From positions 46,872,001 through 46,936,000 of the forward strand of contig OZ336871.1 in NCBI GenBank assembly GCA_965287045.1: 64,000 nucleotides of DNA, given 5' to 3'. Origin of the DNA: Carcharhinus amblyrhynchos (Eukaryota). This document shows positions 25,501 to 37,930 of the stretch, piece after piece (the first letter of the stretch is position 1; the number at the start of each line of letters is the position of its first letter). The notes under the pieces are model-generated. The model was not told the DNA's origin. It saw nothing but the letters and a program-made list of their open reading frames with translations, and did not search any database. Made by a program: the position numbers and the translations under genes.

Positions 25501-26697
25501 TCGATAAAATCGACGAAAACGACGAGGAGCAAAGTAATGGAGAAGAGGAGGAAAAGCTACACCTCAGTAACGAAGGGGAGAAAGCGGACCTGGAGAGAGA
25601 ACGCGATCGGACGTTGCAGGGATCTGAAGGTGATAGTAAATCCAAGGAGGCGGACAGAGTGGGTGGAAATGTTACTGAAAGCAATGGCACCAGAGGGATA
25701 TCTCTCGTTCAGGGGAATTTGCTAATCCCAAATCATAGCAAACCCAAAATCTGGTCTTTAGCAGAGACTGCGACCAGTCCGGACAATGCCCAGAAACCCT
25801 CTCCGACCGGTCACACGCCGTCGACCATCCAACACCCAGCTTTCCTCTCAAACCACGGACTCTATACTTGCCAAATCAGCAAGTTTCACAACTGGACAAA
25901 CGGCGCTTTCCTGGGCCAGAACTCTTTGCTAAATGTCAGGTCGTTTCTGGGTGTAAATCATCATCACCATCATCATCATCCACAACATCCTCAGCAGCAA
26001 CAGCCTTCTGTGCTAACAGCAGCCCTGGGAGCAGTGAGCAATGAAAAATCAACAGACATCCCCAGCCCAAAACACACAGGTATTTTACACACACAACCCT
26101 CCAGTGAGCTTTACATTTTTAATGTTATATATTCAGCATTGGTCTGCCAGATCTGACGGTTTCTAGCAAAGTACCTGAACATCAAAGTACAAACGTCTCT
26201 GTTTTCCTTCTCTCTAAACTTGCATTTTAACTTCATAACTCAAATCGTGTTTTTTTTTGCCTAGAGACTGATCTGGAATGTTTATTTTATTTTCCAGAAA
26301 GAGAATGTATTCCGGGCGAAACTCCGTCACAGCAGCTAAAAATATCATTTCAACCCGTAAATGAAAGGTGAGTTTTAATGCCCTATACAACAACGACAAA
26401 GCAGCCACCTCACAATAATGCACAGCACTGTTTCATAACGTTTACAAGAATGATTTAGTTGTTTTGAAGAAGAAATGTTTTGGGGTTATCTATCAATGTT
26501 TATGTATTCGGTGATAACAGGACATATTTATTGTGTCTGGAGTTTTGTTTTTTTTTATTTGCGTCTTCCTTAGAGACAGAATGTATACACTATCTTGTAT
26601 ATGACTGACCACTTAATTGTGTGTGCGCTTTTGTTCTTACAGCTCACGGCCTCAGCAGGAAGGAACACGAGTTTTAACAACCATCTCGTCCGTCTGA
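22322..26697 (+). CDS. irx1: Iroquois-class homeodomain protein IRX-1, spliced CDS join(22322..22552,25092..26079,26298..26367,26643..26697), 447 aa
   Basis: All three introns are GT-AG with compatible phases (0, 1, 2). Total 1344 nt = 448 codons including the stop. The N-terminus [32 protein letters not shown], the homeodomain, the IRO box and the C-terminus all follow vertebrate IRX1 rather than IRX3. Confidence 0.95.
25092..26079 (+). CDS. irx1: irx1 coding exon 2 (TALE homeodomain, acidic region, IRO box, His/Gln tract)
   Basis: Pyrimidine tract plus CAG acceptor at 25089-25091. Encodes [70 protein letters not shown] and [13 protein letters not shown]. Donor AG|GTATTT at 26080. Confidence 0.96.
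26298..26367 (+). CDS. irx1: irx1 coding exon 3 ([23 protein letters not shown])
   Basis: TTTTATTTTCCAG acceptor and AG|GTGAGT donor. The peptide resembles tetrapod IRX1 ERDLVPRPDSPAQQLKSPFQPV as I recall it. Not in the ORF track. Confidence 0.9.
26643..26697 (+). CDS. irx1: irx1 coding exon 4 ([18 protein letters not shown])
   Basis: TTTTGTTCTTACAG acceptor, phase fits exon 3, TGA at 26695-26697. Resembles the IRX1 C-terminus SLAPQEGTPRILAALPSA as I recall it. Confidence 0.88.
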
Positions 26698-26995
26698 GGA
26701 AGTTTTACCGAAAAAAATGTGAAGAAAGAAGACATTTTTTTAAAAAAAGCTTCATTTTTCTTGCCGCCCGTGTCGGGCAATACAAAAACCCTTCCAAAAA
26801 CTTGACAAATATGTAATGATTTATTTGACATTGTAACATATCAGCACGTGTTATTCTAATTGATTTTGCCCTGACGCGATCATTATTGGTTTGGTAATTA
26901 TTTTTTCCCACGTTCCGTTTTTTTATGTATATAGAGTGATTATAATTGTAAATAAGCGCGTGAGCAGAACTTGTCAAAATCATATATTTTTGTCT

Positions 26996-27001
26996 AATAA
27001 A
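26996..27001 (+). terminator. irx1: Probable irx1 polyadenylation signal
   Basis: AATAAA about 300 nt after the stop codon, ending an AT-rich 3' UTR. Confidence 0.6.
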
Positions 27002-28629
27002 CTGAAAGAAATTAGAGCAAACTTCCATCTCCACGTAACCTTACGTGACCTTGTATTGATTTTCAAAGCGTCACCTTTTACAGAGTTTTTAAAAGGATGT
27101 CAGTGTATTTAGGAATGGGGAAGGGGGTACATTAAAAAAAACAGCCTGAACGTATTTTGTATTAACAGATCTATTGCTGCGGTCAGAATTATTGTATTTA
27201 AAAATGTAACGTTGGTTAATTTTTTTTTAGAAAGGGAGGGTGCGAGCAAGAGGCAGAAAGCAGTTCCAAACCCCAGGCTGGGATCTCAGCAAAGTAAATG
27301 TCCCAGTGTTTATTCTCCTGGTCCCCGATGAAACCAATCAGTGACCTTTAAGGTGCTGCTAACTCGACAGATGGCTGCTCCTGGTGGAAAAGAGGGAGCT
27401 CCATGAAGCAAACAGCTGCTAAAGCAATTAAAAAATAATATGGGAAGACTGTGTCCAAACAGGGAGGTGGGGGAGAAAAGAAGAGACAAGCTCATCACGG
27501 ATCGGAAATAATAGCGACTGCGAAATAAAATATTAACAAGAATCAGAGCACCGTGTATCGATTGCTTGGCTGATTTCGCTTCATTGGGAATAACGCTCTC
27601 TGACAAGCACATAAAACAGCCCTTCCTCTCCAGAGCTAAAGTTACATTATCAATGATATTTAGGCACGTACGTTATTTGTACAAGGTTATGCAAAAAGAA
27701 ATATTATCTTTGATTCAGATGTCTTTATATACGGCGCATTTTTAAATGATGATATTTAACGAAAATGTCTTTGTCGGGGTGTGACAGATTATTTAATTAA
27801 AAAAAATTGACGGCGTGCGTTGACTCCAGAGTAATAACTCGGTCATTTTACAAGATTCTAAATGTATCTAAATGTATTTAAATTATTTTGTCCGGAGCTT
27901 CAAAAAAATGGAATCAAAGTGAAATGTGTTGCATATGTCAGCAATTAAAGAAATGAAATGTTAAAAGTCCAAAGTACGTTCACAATAGTAACCTAAAATA
28001 TGTATGGTATTCTGTTATCAGGCTTTAACTATCTTTGCGTTTCTTTAACAGCAATATTGCTAATGATATTGTGTGAACGTGAACATTTTGCCGGAGTGCA
28101 ATTCGTATTTTTTTTATAAACATTAGCCTTGAGTAGCCTGAGCAGTCTGCAATTTTCTCAAACTCCACGTTGTCACAAGGTTGGCTCAGTTAGATAGAGT
28201 TTCACTTCACACTAACAGAAACCCATCTCTTTGGGAGAGGACGTTGCTAATTTTGACGTGGCGTGCTGAGTGCATGTGCAGAGTGTTGTGTTGAAGCAGC
28301 TGAGAGTGGATCATATGGAATCTGTGGGACTACAGCTCCCTCTATGGATACCAGCCGAAGTGGAAGGGGCGGGGGGCGGAAGGCAGCCAGCACATACATA
28401 CACAATGCTTCACTGTCGATCTGACTCACCAGTCACCGAGGAGACTCGCAGTGATATACTCCAGCTATTTACACACGTGATAGAGACTCAGTTTCTATCC
28501 AAAATGTTAATTGTAGAGGAGGCTCGCAGGCATACATAAGTCTATAGAGTATTTAGACATCTAGTTACAGAGGTTCTCGCAGTTACTAATGTGGAGTAAA
28601 GGAAATGTTAAATATATTCAGAGGCATAT

Positions 28630-28773
28630 GATTAATCTTTCAGGTCTATGAGCTTTCATAACTTTATAACCCTCTAGTTAACCCTTTCTCCACAGATGCT
28701 GCGTGACTGCTGGGTGTTTCTGGCATGTGCTGTGTTTATTTCAGACTTGCAGTCTCTGCAATATTTTATTTTT
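28630..28773. repeat. Penelope-type terminal repeat fragments in divergent orientation
   Basis: Minus strand reads TTATGAAAGCTCATAGACCTGAAAGATTAA (degenerate hammerhead core). It is followed on the plus strand by TTCTCCACAGATGCTGCGTGACTGCTG. Confidence 0.5.
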
Positions 28774-31700
28774 CTCTATCCATGTGACGTGTCTATTTTT
28801 ACACCACAAATTACATGGGGCGAAGCGCTATCTTCTGCGCACACACGCTATGGAAGACGAGGTTTAGTCTTTAAAGTGCTAACCGCGGAAGGAACTCCCA
28901 ATCGCTCACTCCACACTTTTCCGACTTCAGCTACTTTTGCGAACTGATTTCAGCGGAAAGCTGTCGCACTTGTAGCCTCATCTCCCACTCATTGTCAAAC
29001 GGAGAGAGAAAAAAACGCGCCGTCAGAGAAACGCAGCCAGAGGCAATCGCACCGTTTTACACACTGCCGAGGACTGACTTTTTTTTTACGAAAAACACAT
29101 TCCCTGGGAGAGACATAGAGAACTCAATCACAGACTGCCACCTATAGTAACATTACAGCCTCTTTACAGCACACTCTGCCACATCGCTGCTGTGCTGCAA
29201 ACTTGCCCCAACACACTGGGACTCTTTTAATCCAGTCATGCTCTTTGAGGGGGGATTTCTTACACTTAATCTGCTAGGAATTTGTATTCGGCACTTTCAG
29301 ATTTATTTGATTAGAATAACTCCTCAGCCCCTTTGCTCACCATTTATTGACTGCCGTTTGTTTTATACAGGTTTGAGAGTGCCTAAATCCACGCCATTTA
29401 TCTTATAAAGACAAGCAGGATAACAAAGAATGAATCCTGACAAAACCCTCTATGGTCAGAAGCGAAATGTTCATTTGAGAGCGGTGTAGAATCCACCCTT
29501 TGGGTTTTTTGTTATTGTTGTTCTGCTGCTGTTGTTTTCTTTCCTAGTTGATTACAATAATCCCAGGGACAGAAACTGGCGAGTGTGAAAGGAGGGTCTA
29601 AACAAACTCAAAACACTCTCCTCTCCCCTTTTAAAAAAAAACAGGCCCTGGAAGGATTGTGTCGATTTCACCGAGGTCAGAAAATAAACTTTGATGAGTT
29701 TTAGAATTTCATTCGCTTTAAGTAAACGGAAAGAATTGGCATTTCTTGTCCCCCACCCCCGCCCCCCAACCCCTGCGTAAACCACTCTCACTCTTCTGTG
29801 GATTTATTCATCACCCGTACAATGTCCCGATTTTACAGCAGAACCGTTTGATGGAGAACTTCAAATTCTTCCACCCCACCGAAGTCAAACAAGGCTAATC
29901 TTTGCAAATAAGTACATGGTTGTGCAAAATAGATCCGTTCCCGCCCCGTCCTTGCGTTTTCCCTCTATCTTCTGACACTTCCCAACTCTCCCTGTTGAAT
30001 CATTCGGCCAGGCCGGAGCAGACCAAGAGTTGGAGCTTGGCTGCTACCCGCACCACTCACCCCACCGCCCCCTCCCCCCGCCCCACCCCGGTCATCCACT
30101 ATCCATCTGATGTGTCATGTGAAAAAGAAGATAGATAGATGACAGAAGACAGACAGATGATAGCTAGATCGATAATTTACAGATTTTAAAACGGCATTGT
30201 ATGTTCCTGGGCTGTTTCTTCAGTTTGCACACATTACGGCTGAACGTATTAAAGCGACTGCAGAGCATTTTTTTTTGGAAAAACAAAAGATAATCGGTGC
30301 GATGAGTAATTCTGTAAAAGTTTACAGACTGCTATGCGATAATAGTGAAATCCGGCTCAGAGCGAGCTGTCCCCCTGAAAGAACACGCCACAGGTTTTGT
30401 TTTTAAACAAATATTTTGCAGTTAAATACTTAACTGGCGAAAAACTTGTACTGCTGCAGACTTTGTGAACATTGGGGTTCTGCCTCACTCAGTAATTTTT
30501 AACACCATTTGGCAGTTTTGTAACAGCATTTAGCTTGAAATTACTGAATAAAACTGCAGTAAAAGTTTACGAAGCCAAGGATCCCCCTTTCATGTCACAC
30601 GAAGCCACTTTTGAAGTAACTGGTGTGGAAAATTGATCGCTAGCCTTGGAATAATGTTGGCTCGAAACAAGACCCAAAATTTTCGGTCAAACTCAACAAT
30701 AAGGGGCCGATTGTTCATTGTTTTTTTTTTCAATTTAAACATCTGCTGTTTCAATATAAATAAATCTGTAAGTTAAAAAAGCGTCCAAGTGATTTGAAAG
30801 AATTTTTCAGAGTTAGGGAAAAGGGAGAAGTAGAGTTGAAGGAGCCCCTTGTGTGTTAGCGAATGAGACACCTCGGAAGTCAATAATTCGGGGTTAAGTT
30901 AAAAAAAAGACATTCAACAAGAATGCTTCCCTCCCCCCAAGAATCGTGTTTAATCCTACAATTTTAATTCTAACGGCACTTGTCGACATCACAAAGCTGC
31001 TCCTGGCGTTTGCCGTCCTCAGAAGTGTGGGAACAGAATCGGACGAGTTTCCGAAACCAATCATTTCTTTTCTCACAATCTTCTATGTTGCAGACAAGTC
31101 GCGGGGCAGCTGTTTGGGAACGTCCTCGAGGTAAGGCAACTACCATGCGATGATGATGTTGCATGAATACACAGTTCGCTTCGCGGTCATTTATTGTTCG
31201 CTGCATTTCTACCGTCGTGCAAATCCTAGGGACATAATGCGCTAAAATGTTGCTCTGAGTAGTGCGGAGGAATGTGACTTGTCCCAACCAGTGAACAGAT
31301 TGCAGCGAAATTGCTGCGTGTTGATGCGTTCGGTAACTCTGTGGGCATTGGAAGCAAATTACTGGCCGTGACTCTAATAAGGACAATGTAGCAATGTAGC
31401 TAGTCAGAATCACCAAATACGTATGAAACTATTGTTAAAGCTCATTGCATTCACACCATCCTATTTACAAGTTAGTTTCTTCCCTTGCCCACCTTCACTT
31501 ACAAATAGAGCGAAATGATTGTTGAAGTTTATTTTCGGGATATGGAAACAAGGGAAGCAGCAGTTTATGGACAGAGGCAAGTGCCTCCCCAAAGCGCGGC
31601 CGATTCGGTACGAAGCTTCTGCAAGTTTCTTTGGCGGGGGGATGGGTGGGTAGCGTGGTGTTGTGCTTCTTGTTTTACCCTCTTTTTTAAGCATTAATCA

Positions 31701-34700
31701 ATTATTCACAAGCACATTTATCTCCTTTAGAAAGTGGTGAATTCATATTCATTTCTGTGTTTTACTACCCTGACACTGATTAATGTAACATGCACCACGG
31801 CTCCTGTGTACTATAAGACTCTATGAATCATACGCTATAAAGTTCCAATCGTCCTTGTAAATGACTCTGGAGAAGTCCCTGCAGTCATGCCCAACACTGA
31901 AATGTCAAACAGACTCTTACTTAAACAACTGATGAATGATTATTAATAAAACGGGCCGATTAGTTCAATATTACACCCAGAGCCATTAAGAATCTCTCAC
32001 TGAAACACATTCACTTCAACAAATAGCATTTGCTTCTTTTTTTCATCTTTTACACACACGAAACGTTTTGCTCGACAGTGACGTATAAAATAACCTCCTG
32101 GTGTCGCATTTATTTGCATTGTTACAAGCCAGCTTGAGATTAGTGAATTATTCTGGCCGTGAGCTATAACACTATGGTTTTATATGGATATAATTATTCA
32201 TTTAGTAATAAATGTACAGTGAAGTGTCTAATGAGCAATAATCACGGTTGAATCCCTCATTATTCTATTCCTTGCAGCGATATTTTATTGCGTCCCACCA
32301 GGATATGGCGAATGGCAAACATTAGATAACAACCCTTAATGGAACACTATATTAGTCATTCTACGACGGTACAAAAAACACATATAAACACATCATTATT
32401 AATAATCATAATAAATGGCTAATGAATGGATATCAATAGCATTTTCCAAAATAGTGGAACCAAAGATAATAAACATGCACAATAACTGCTGGCTGCCTCA
32501 GGGAGGCTGGCTGTCTAATGTTTTAAATTATTAATCTTAACAATAATTAGAACTAGAGTACCTGTTTTATGCATAAATGATATTACCTTCAGAAACCAAA
32601 TGATGCCACTAAGAGCTTTGAGGTTTTTTTCCCCTTCACAAAAGTGGCTTTGGCCCAGTGTTGGAAAACTGGGAATAATAATTTATACTGTCAAATTGAA
32701 ATAAACACTTTGCATAGGTATATAGGAACTAATCCTTGAGAGGAAGTAAGAGAGCACAGGGCCACACATGAGAAAGATGTATGTTTTAAAGACCTGTGTT
32801 TTGATATTGATATAAGTGTTGCGCTGGAAAGTGGAAAATTATACCTCCCAGCTGTAAGAATGAGGGAGAAAGAGTTGCTCCATGAGATACAGACATTCAC
32901 TGTTCTCATGGCTCACAGTGGCAGCAAACATCTTGGTCTGTGAGGGAATATCCCTAGGGCCTAAAGTTTACTTGCACCAAAGAAATGGTGGGTAGAAAAT
33001 AGCCAATGTGTTTAAACATAACAAACATTTATTGATCTTAGTTACAAGTGGCAGTAACTTTTATTTTTAGGAGTTATAATCATTCATATGCCCATGCTTA
33101 TAAACAAGAAAACACATAAAATGCAGCTTTAAACAACCAAACATGAAATAGGTGAAAATAATATTTATGGAAAAAAGGTTCATTACCATATCTTAGGAGA
33201 AGAATGCAAATGCTTGCTGGTGACCCAATACTGTGGGACAATGGTACAGCAAGACTATGAATAAAACTAATTTTAAAAAATCATTAACTTACACTTTATA
33301 AATACATATCTAAAGTCAATAAAATGCTAAGAACTAAAATACCATAGTTTCATTGTTGACATAATAATGGAAATGTAAGGTATGTTATAGGTCACCTACA
33401 TAAGTCACTGATCAGTCTGAAGTTAAGAGCTGCAAAGTAGTAAAAATAATTAGAACAGTTAAAAAATCTGTATAAAATTGGCCAACAGTATGTAAATGGA
33501 TGTTAAGTGCAAGAAAAATTAGACAAACTCAACAATGCTGTAATTATAATGGAGACTTAAAATTGCACATTACTTTCTTTAGAAAGCATTGCATTATAAA
33601 TTGTCCATTTGTACAGTGTTTTTTTTGCTTGAAGATCTTCAATGTTCTATGCATATGATTTGTACTAAAATGTTAATGCTAGATGTTTGATACAACCCAT
33701 ATTTTTACAGCCCAATCAAGACAAAATAATAATTACACATGGATAATTTTGCTCCATATATTTATGATGATATGTAATTGAATACTGAATATAGCATCCT
33801 GGATGTATGGTGTACTTTTCTACAAATGAGCTTAATTTCAGTTTTAGCATCCATCCATTTATATTGTGAAATTGAGTGTTGTGTTATTTTAAACTGGAAT
33901 ACTTTTACTTGTGGTATTAAAGCAGCCATTTAAAAATAGACAATTTTAACATTCCAAAGCACACTGCTGGCTATATCTAACAAATAATACAATAATGTAA
34001 ACTTCATAGGTCCATTTAATTTGTCACATTTTATTGCTGATGACTCCAAAGGTTGAAATAATTCTCCAATAAAAATATCTTTCATTAGGGTGGAGAATTA
34101 GACAGTTTGATGTGGCTGCTATTAAAAGTTTATCACTTGTCTGTGTGGCAGAGGCAGAGCATTCACACACCCTCTGCCCTGGTACACAAATGTCATCCTT
34201 TTTGTAAGCTGCTGCTTTCCTTTTTAAGAGGCTGGCGGTATCTCTGATCCCTCTAATCCATTTATCCAGTTTCACAAGTGCATTGGGTGAATCTCCCTAC
34301 AATGGCATAGCCCAGCTGGGAACAGCAAGTCACAGAGTTCAGCAGCCACACCCACTGATGCTTGACACAACTTTCAGCTGTATTTAGGCGCATCTTACTC
34401 CATAGCACAATGTAACTGTAATCTCATGTGAACGTTGCAAAAGAAAAAAAAGGGGGAAAAAAAGGAAAGCTCAGGTGACCCTTGACACATTGCGGTGGTC
34501 TTTTTGCAAACTTTTCTTAAGATTATTTTGTGAAGAAGGAAGGGGTGGGCAGATTGTATGGGATTACATTTCAGGCACGACAATTTATATGTGGCACCAA
34601 ATCCTAGAAAGGATGAACTCAACAAATGCATTTACAGTGCTTTAAAAGTGATGAGATTATTTTTTAATTAAAATTGTTCAATTTTCTACACAGCCAACCT

Positions 34701-35734
34701 GGCATAAGGTAAAATTGTTAGATATTTGGCAGAGTTTTCCTTGGTATTGTTGGACATATAAATACAAATTTTTGATGTTGTTGATACTGTGTCACATTTG
34801 AACTGTTTGCTAAATGATGGTGAATCAAAGCACTTTAAATACATTCTAAGTAACAATGTATGACCTGCACTTACCAACATTTCATTATGACACCAATGTC
34901 CGTGTTTGCAAAAGCAAAATAAGATCCTCCCAGATAAAGGTACTGAATGATATCAATGTTCCTTAGTAATTAATTGGCTGGCATGGGGGAATTGGTTCTA
35001 TCAAAAACAACAGCAATAGCACTGCTGCTGTCTAAATTATATGCCACTGCACTCATGTGGGGATTTGTTTCTTTGGCTTCCAGTTACCCCAACATTGAGC
35101 ATCATTCTACACATAGACCTTCTAAGGTGCATAGGTGCACGCACCTTCAAAGATAATCATACTTTGTATGTGAAATTCATTCCATCATACTGGAATTCAA
35201 AAGCTTTGGACTTGCACTGGTAAGAGCTCATTCACATTCAGTTGGTTTAAACGTTATCCAACAGCCAACATAACATGGATGCATAGTCAGCCTTTTAACT
35301 TTTAAGATATCTGACTGAAAAGATCATCAAATCTGAATGGATCAGTATAAATAAGTTATGATTTAGTTTCAGTAAGTCTTGAACTAAGTGGGTAAGAGAT
35401 ATGGACATCAATTTTGTAAATCTGTCATTTTTAAGTGTATAGAGACATTGACATTTTGCAATCTCTAAACATAAAGGAAAAGAAACAAATTTGGTTATTT
35501 TGTTGTTGCATGAAAACTATTAGTCGAGTAAGTGTAACTATTTGTAACTATCATGTAACGATACCTTTTCTGCTCTAATTAGAAAATGTAATTTTTTATA
35601 ATTAAATTTAAGACAGACTCTGGCTACATATGCATCCTGGATATACTTTGTTAAATTTGTGGAAGTTCAAGTAAACAAGTGAAAATGGACTTGGGGCTAA
35701 TATAAAATGAGAATAAAAATACAATTATGCGTTA

Positions 35735-36025
35735 ATGTGAAATAAAAACAGAAAATGCTGGAATGCTCAGAAAGTCAGTCAACATGTGAAACAGGTTCAT
35801 ATTTCAGACGTAACCTTTCATCAGAAACAACCCTTCTCGTGTTTCCAGCCAGCTTGCTTTTCCTGACTCATCAAATTTGCCTTCACTTGACCTTTTCATT
35901 GAGAGTTGCTTTTTTAAAATGTTCCATTGAAAGGTTCTGCATGAAATGTTCACCAGAGTTTGGCTAATCTTTTTGATGCATACTAACTTGCTATAGATTT
36001 TCCAGAATTTTATGCTTTTATTTAT
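35735..36025. repeat. Penelope-type terminal repeat (minus copy with hammerhead core) plus degraded plus-strand copy
   Basis: AAAACAGAAAATGCTGGAATGCTCAG... on the plus strand. The minus strand of 35802-35824 reads CTGATGA-AAGGTTACGTCT-GAAA. Confidence 0.55.
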
Positions 36026-36754
36026 AAATTAGGTTTAATCAACTCTTTAGCAAACTGGTGCCAAATAAAAACATTAAAAATTCAAGGGTGCAGAACGTGC
36101 ACTCTGCCCTTTGAAGCATATTCATCTATTACTTTAACTCTCTGGTTTTAGTATTTTAAATATTATTAATCTTTTTCTCTGTATTATCCAGCCAGGCAGA
36201 TTATTTTCAAAATTTATCTTTTTGTATGAGTGAGGAATTGCTCTCAAGCAAGAATTTGAAATGATTTCCACTTATTGAAATTATGCACCTTAGACTTACA
36301 TTCCTTTGAAGTTGATATCTGGGATTGCCTTACCAATATTGTTTAATGTTTTGTATACCACCCTTATCTGCCTTCTCACGAGAATATAAAGATTGAGCTG
36401 CTATAATCTTGCCTTCTAACTCATCTCATTTAGATTTAACATCAGCTTCTCACCAGGTGTGCCCAACTGGGGATTAAGTTCCAGCATTTTAAATGTAGTC
36501 TGACCTGCACATTTTCAAGTTAAGAATAGTTTGTCAAGGTTTATGCTGCACTGTTCTGAGTAAAAATCATAACACTCTATTATGTTTTTGATTGCTTTGC
36601 TAAATTATTTAAATATTGCAAGTAAATAACAAAAGTATACTCTTTTATTGCCTGAAGAATCCTGTTCCCCCCCGCCCCCCCAAGTATAATGGCGAACTGA
36701 GACATCTGTTCTCATCCAGTGTTGGTGATTCGTGTATTCCCACTTTTATGTGTT

Positions 36755-36995
36755 CTGCTTTCAGCTTCTGAGGCCCAAAGCTCTGGAATTCTTCACTTAA
36801 CCTCTCAGTTTCTCCAACTTTCACTCCAACCTCCTACGATTGTCTTTACAACCTACCTCTTTGACCAAGTTTTTAGTATTTTGTTCTAATACCTCTTTCT
36901 GTGCCTTGGTGTCAAACTTAATTTTATCACCCCCCAGTTTAAGTGCCTTTGGATACCTTTGCTATGTCAAAGGTCCCAATCTTAATGTAAGTTGT
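36755..36995 (+). mobile_element. L2 LINE 3' end fragment
   Basis: GCTTTCAGC...AAGCTCTGGAATTC...ACCTACCTCTTTGACCAAG...GTAAGTTGT matches the L2-type 3' end also seen at ~45780-45850. Confidence 0.6.
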
Positions 36996-37269
36996 CATTT
37001 ACCTCTATCTGAACATTCTGCACTGTATGAGTATCCATACGTGTGATGTGCCATTCCAGAACTGAACAAAATAGGATAATTTACCAATTGGTCACTCCTC
37101 GTAAGGAGCAGCACTAACAGGAAGCATTAACCATAAAAGCCCATACAACATGATTTTTGTACAATAATATCCTTCCTGCTTCTTAATTGGGAATTAAGGG
37201 AAGAATTCGCCCAAGCTCCGCTGGTGGGTTTGATGGTTGGGAGAGACTTTGTAGTGTTAAAGTCATAGA

Positions 37270-37355
37270 TAGGATGTAGAGAAAGATCAACTTAATGCAA
37301 GGTAAGTCCATTCAAAAGTCTGACAGCAGCAGGGAAGAAGTTGTTCTTGAGAATA
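37270..37355 (-). mobile_element. Rex1/Babar LINE 3' end fragment
   Basis: Minus-strand LKNNFFPAAVRLLNG matches the Rex1-type C-terminal motif (LKNSFFPxAIRLLN). Confidence 0.55.
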
Positions 37356-37930
37356 TGGCATGATGCCCAGAAATCAGTTTCATGCTGGTGTGAATTTACA
37401 GCAGGATCTTCCACAGGTGCCCACCATAGCAGATTGGAAAACCTACCAGAGGCCAGCCTAAATCTTACTCGCATTCTGTTAATGACATCCAGATGAAGGC
37501 CTGAAACGCCATGCTGGATTCTCCATGATATCACCACCAAAACACACTAGCATGAAAGACAGTTGGAGAAATGTGGTGTGCGGATGTTGGGATACACATG
37601 AATAAAGCCTGGGGTTGTCTCTGGAGCTTAGGTGGAGGCAGCATGCGACTTTGGAACCTAGAACACCATAGCTATGGGTCAGGGGAGCATCTGCAGGTGG
37701 ATCTTTCAAGAGTAGGTGTATTTTCAGCCTTAGAAAGTTCCTGGAGAGCCATCTTTATTCTCAAGAGATCAATCTTTTGGTCTTTTGGTATGTTAATTTT
37801 CAGACAGTTTACCTTCTTTTTTCAAGAGGAAGTCCATGATGTTGGGTGGCTTTTCAAGATGGCACCCAGATATGGCTTGGCCACCACTGAATATGGCACA
37901 AAACACTCAGGTTCATAATTAATGAGGTTG

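Larger units (their letters stand above)
12200..32400. promoter_or_regulatory. Broad CpG-retaining, transposon-poor regulatory domain around irx1
   Basis: CpG dinucleotides are visibly much more frequent than in 1-12 kb or 33-64 kb, although the sequence is AT-rich. Only short, old repeat fragments are present. Judged by eye, not counted. Confidence 0.65.

Noticed and set aside
25005-25725. Antisense and alternate-frame ORFs (175, 109 and 87 aa) over exon 2
   Set aside because: Shadow ORFs produced by the codon bias of the homeobox and acidic region, with no recognisable domain.
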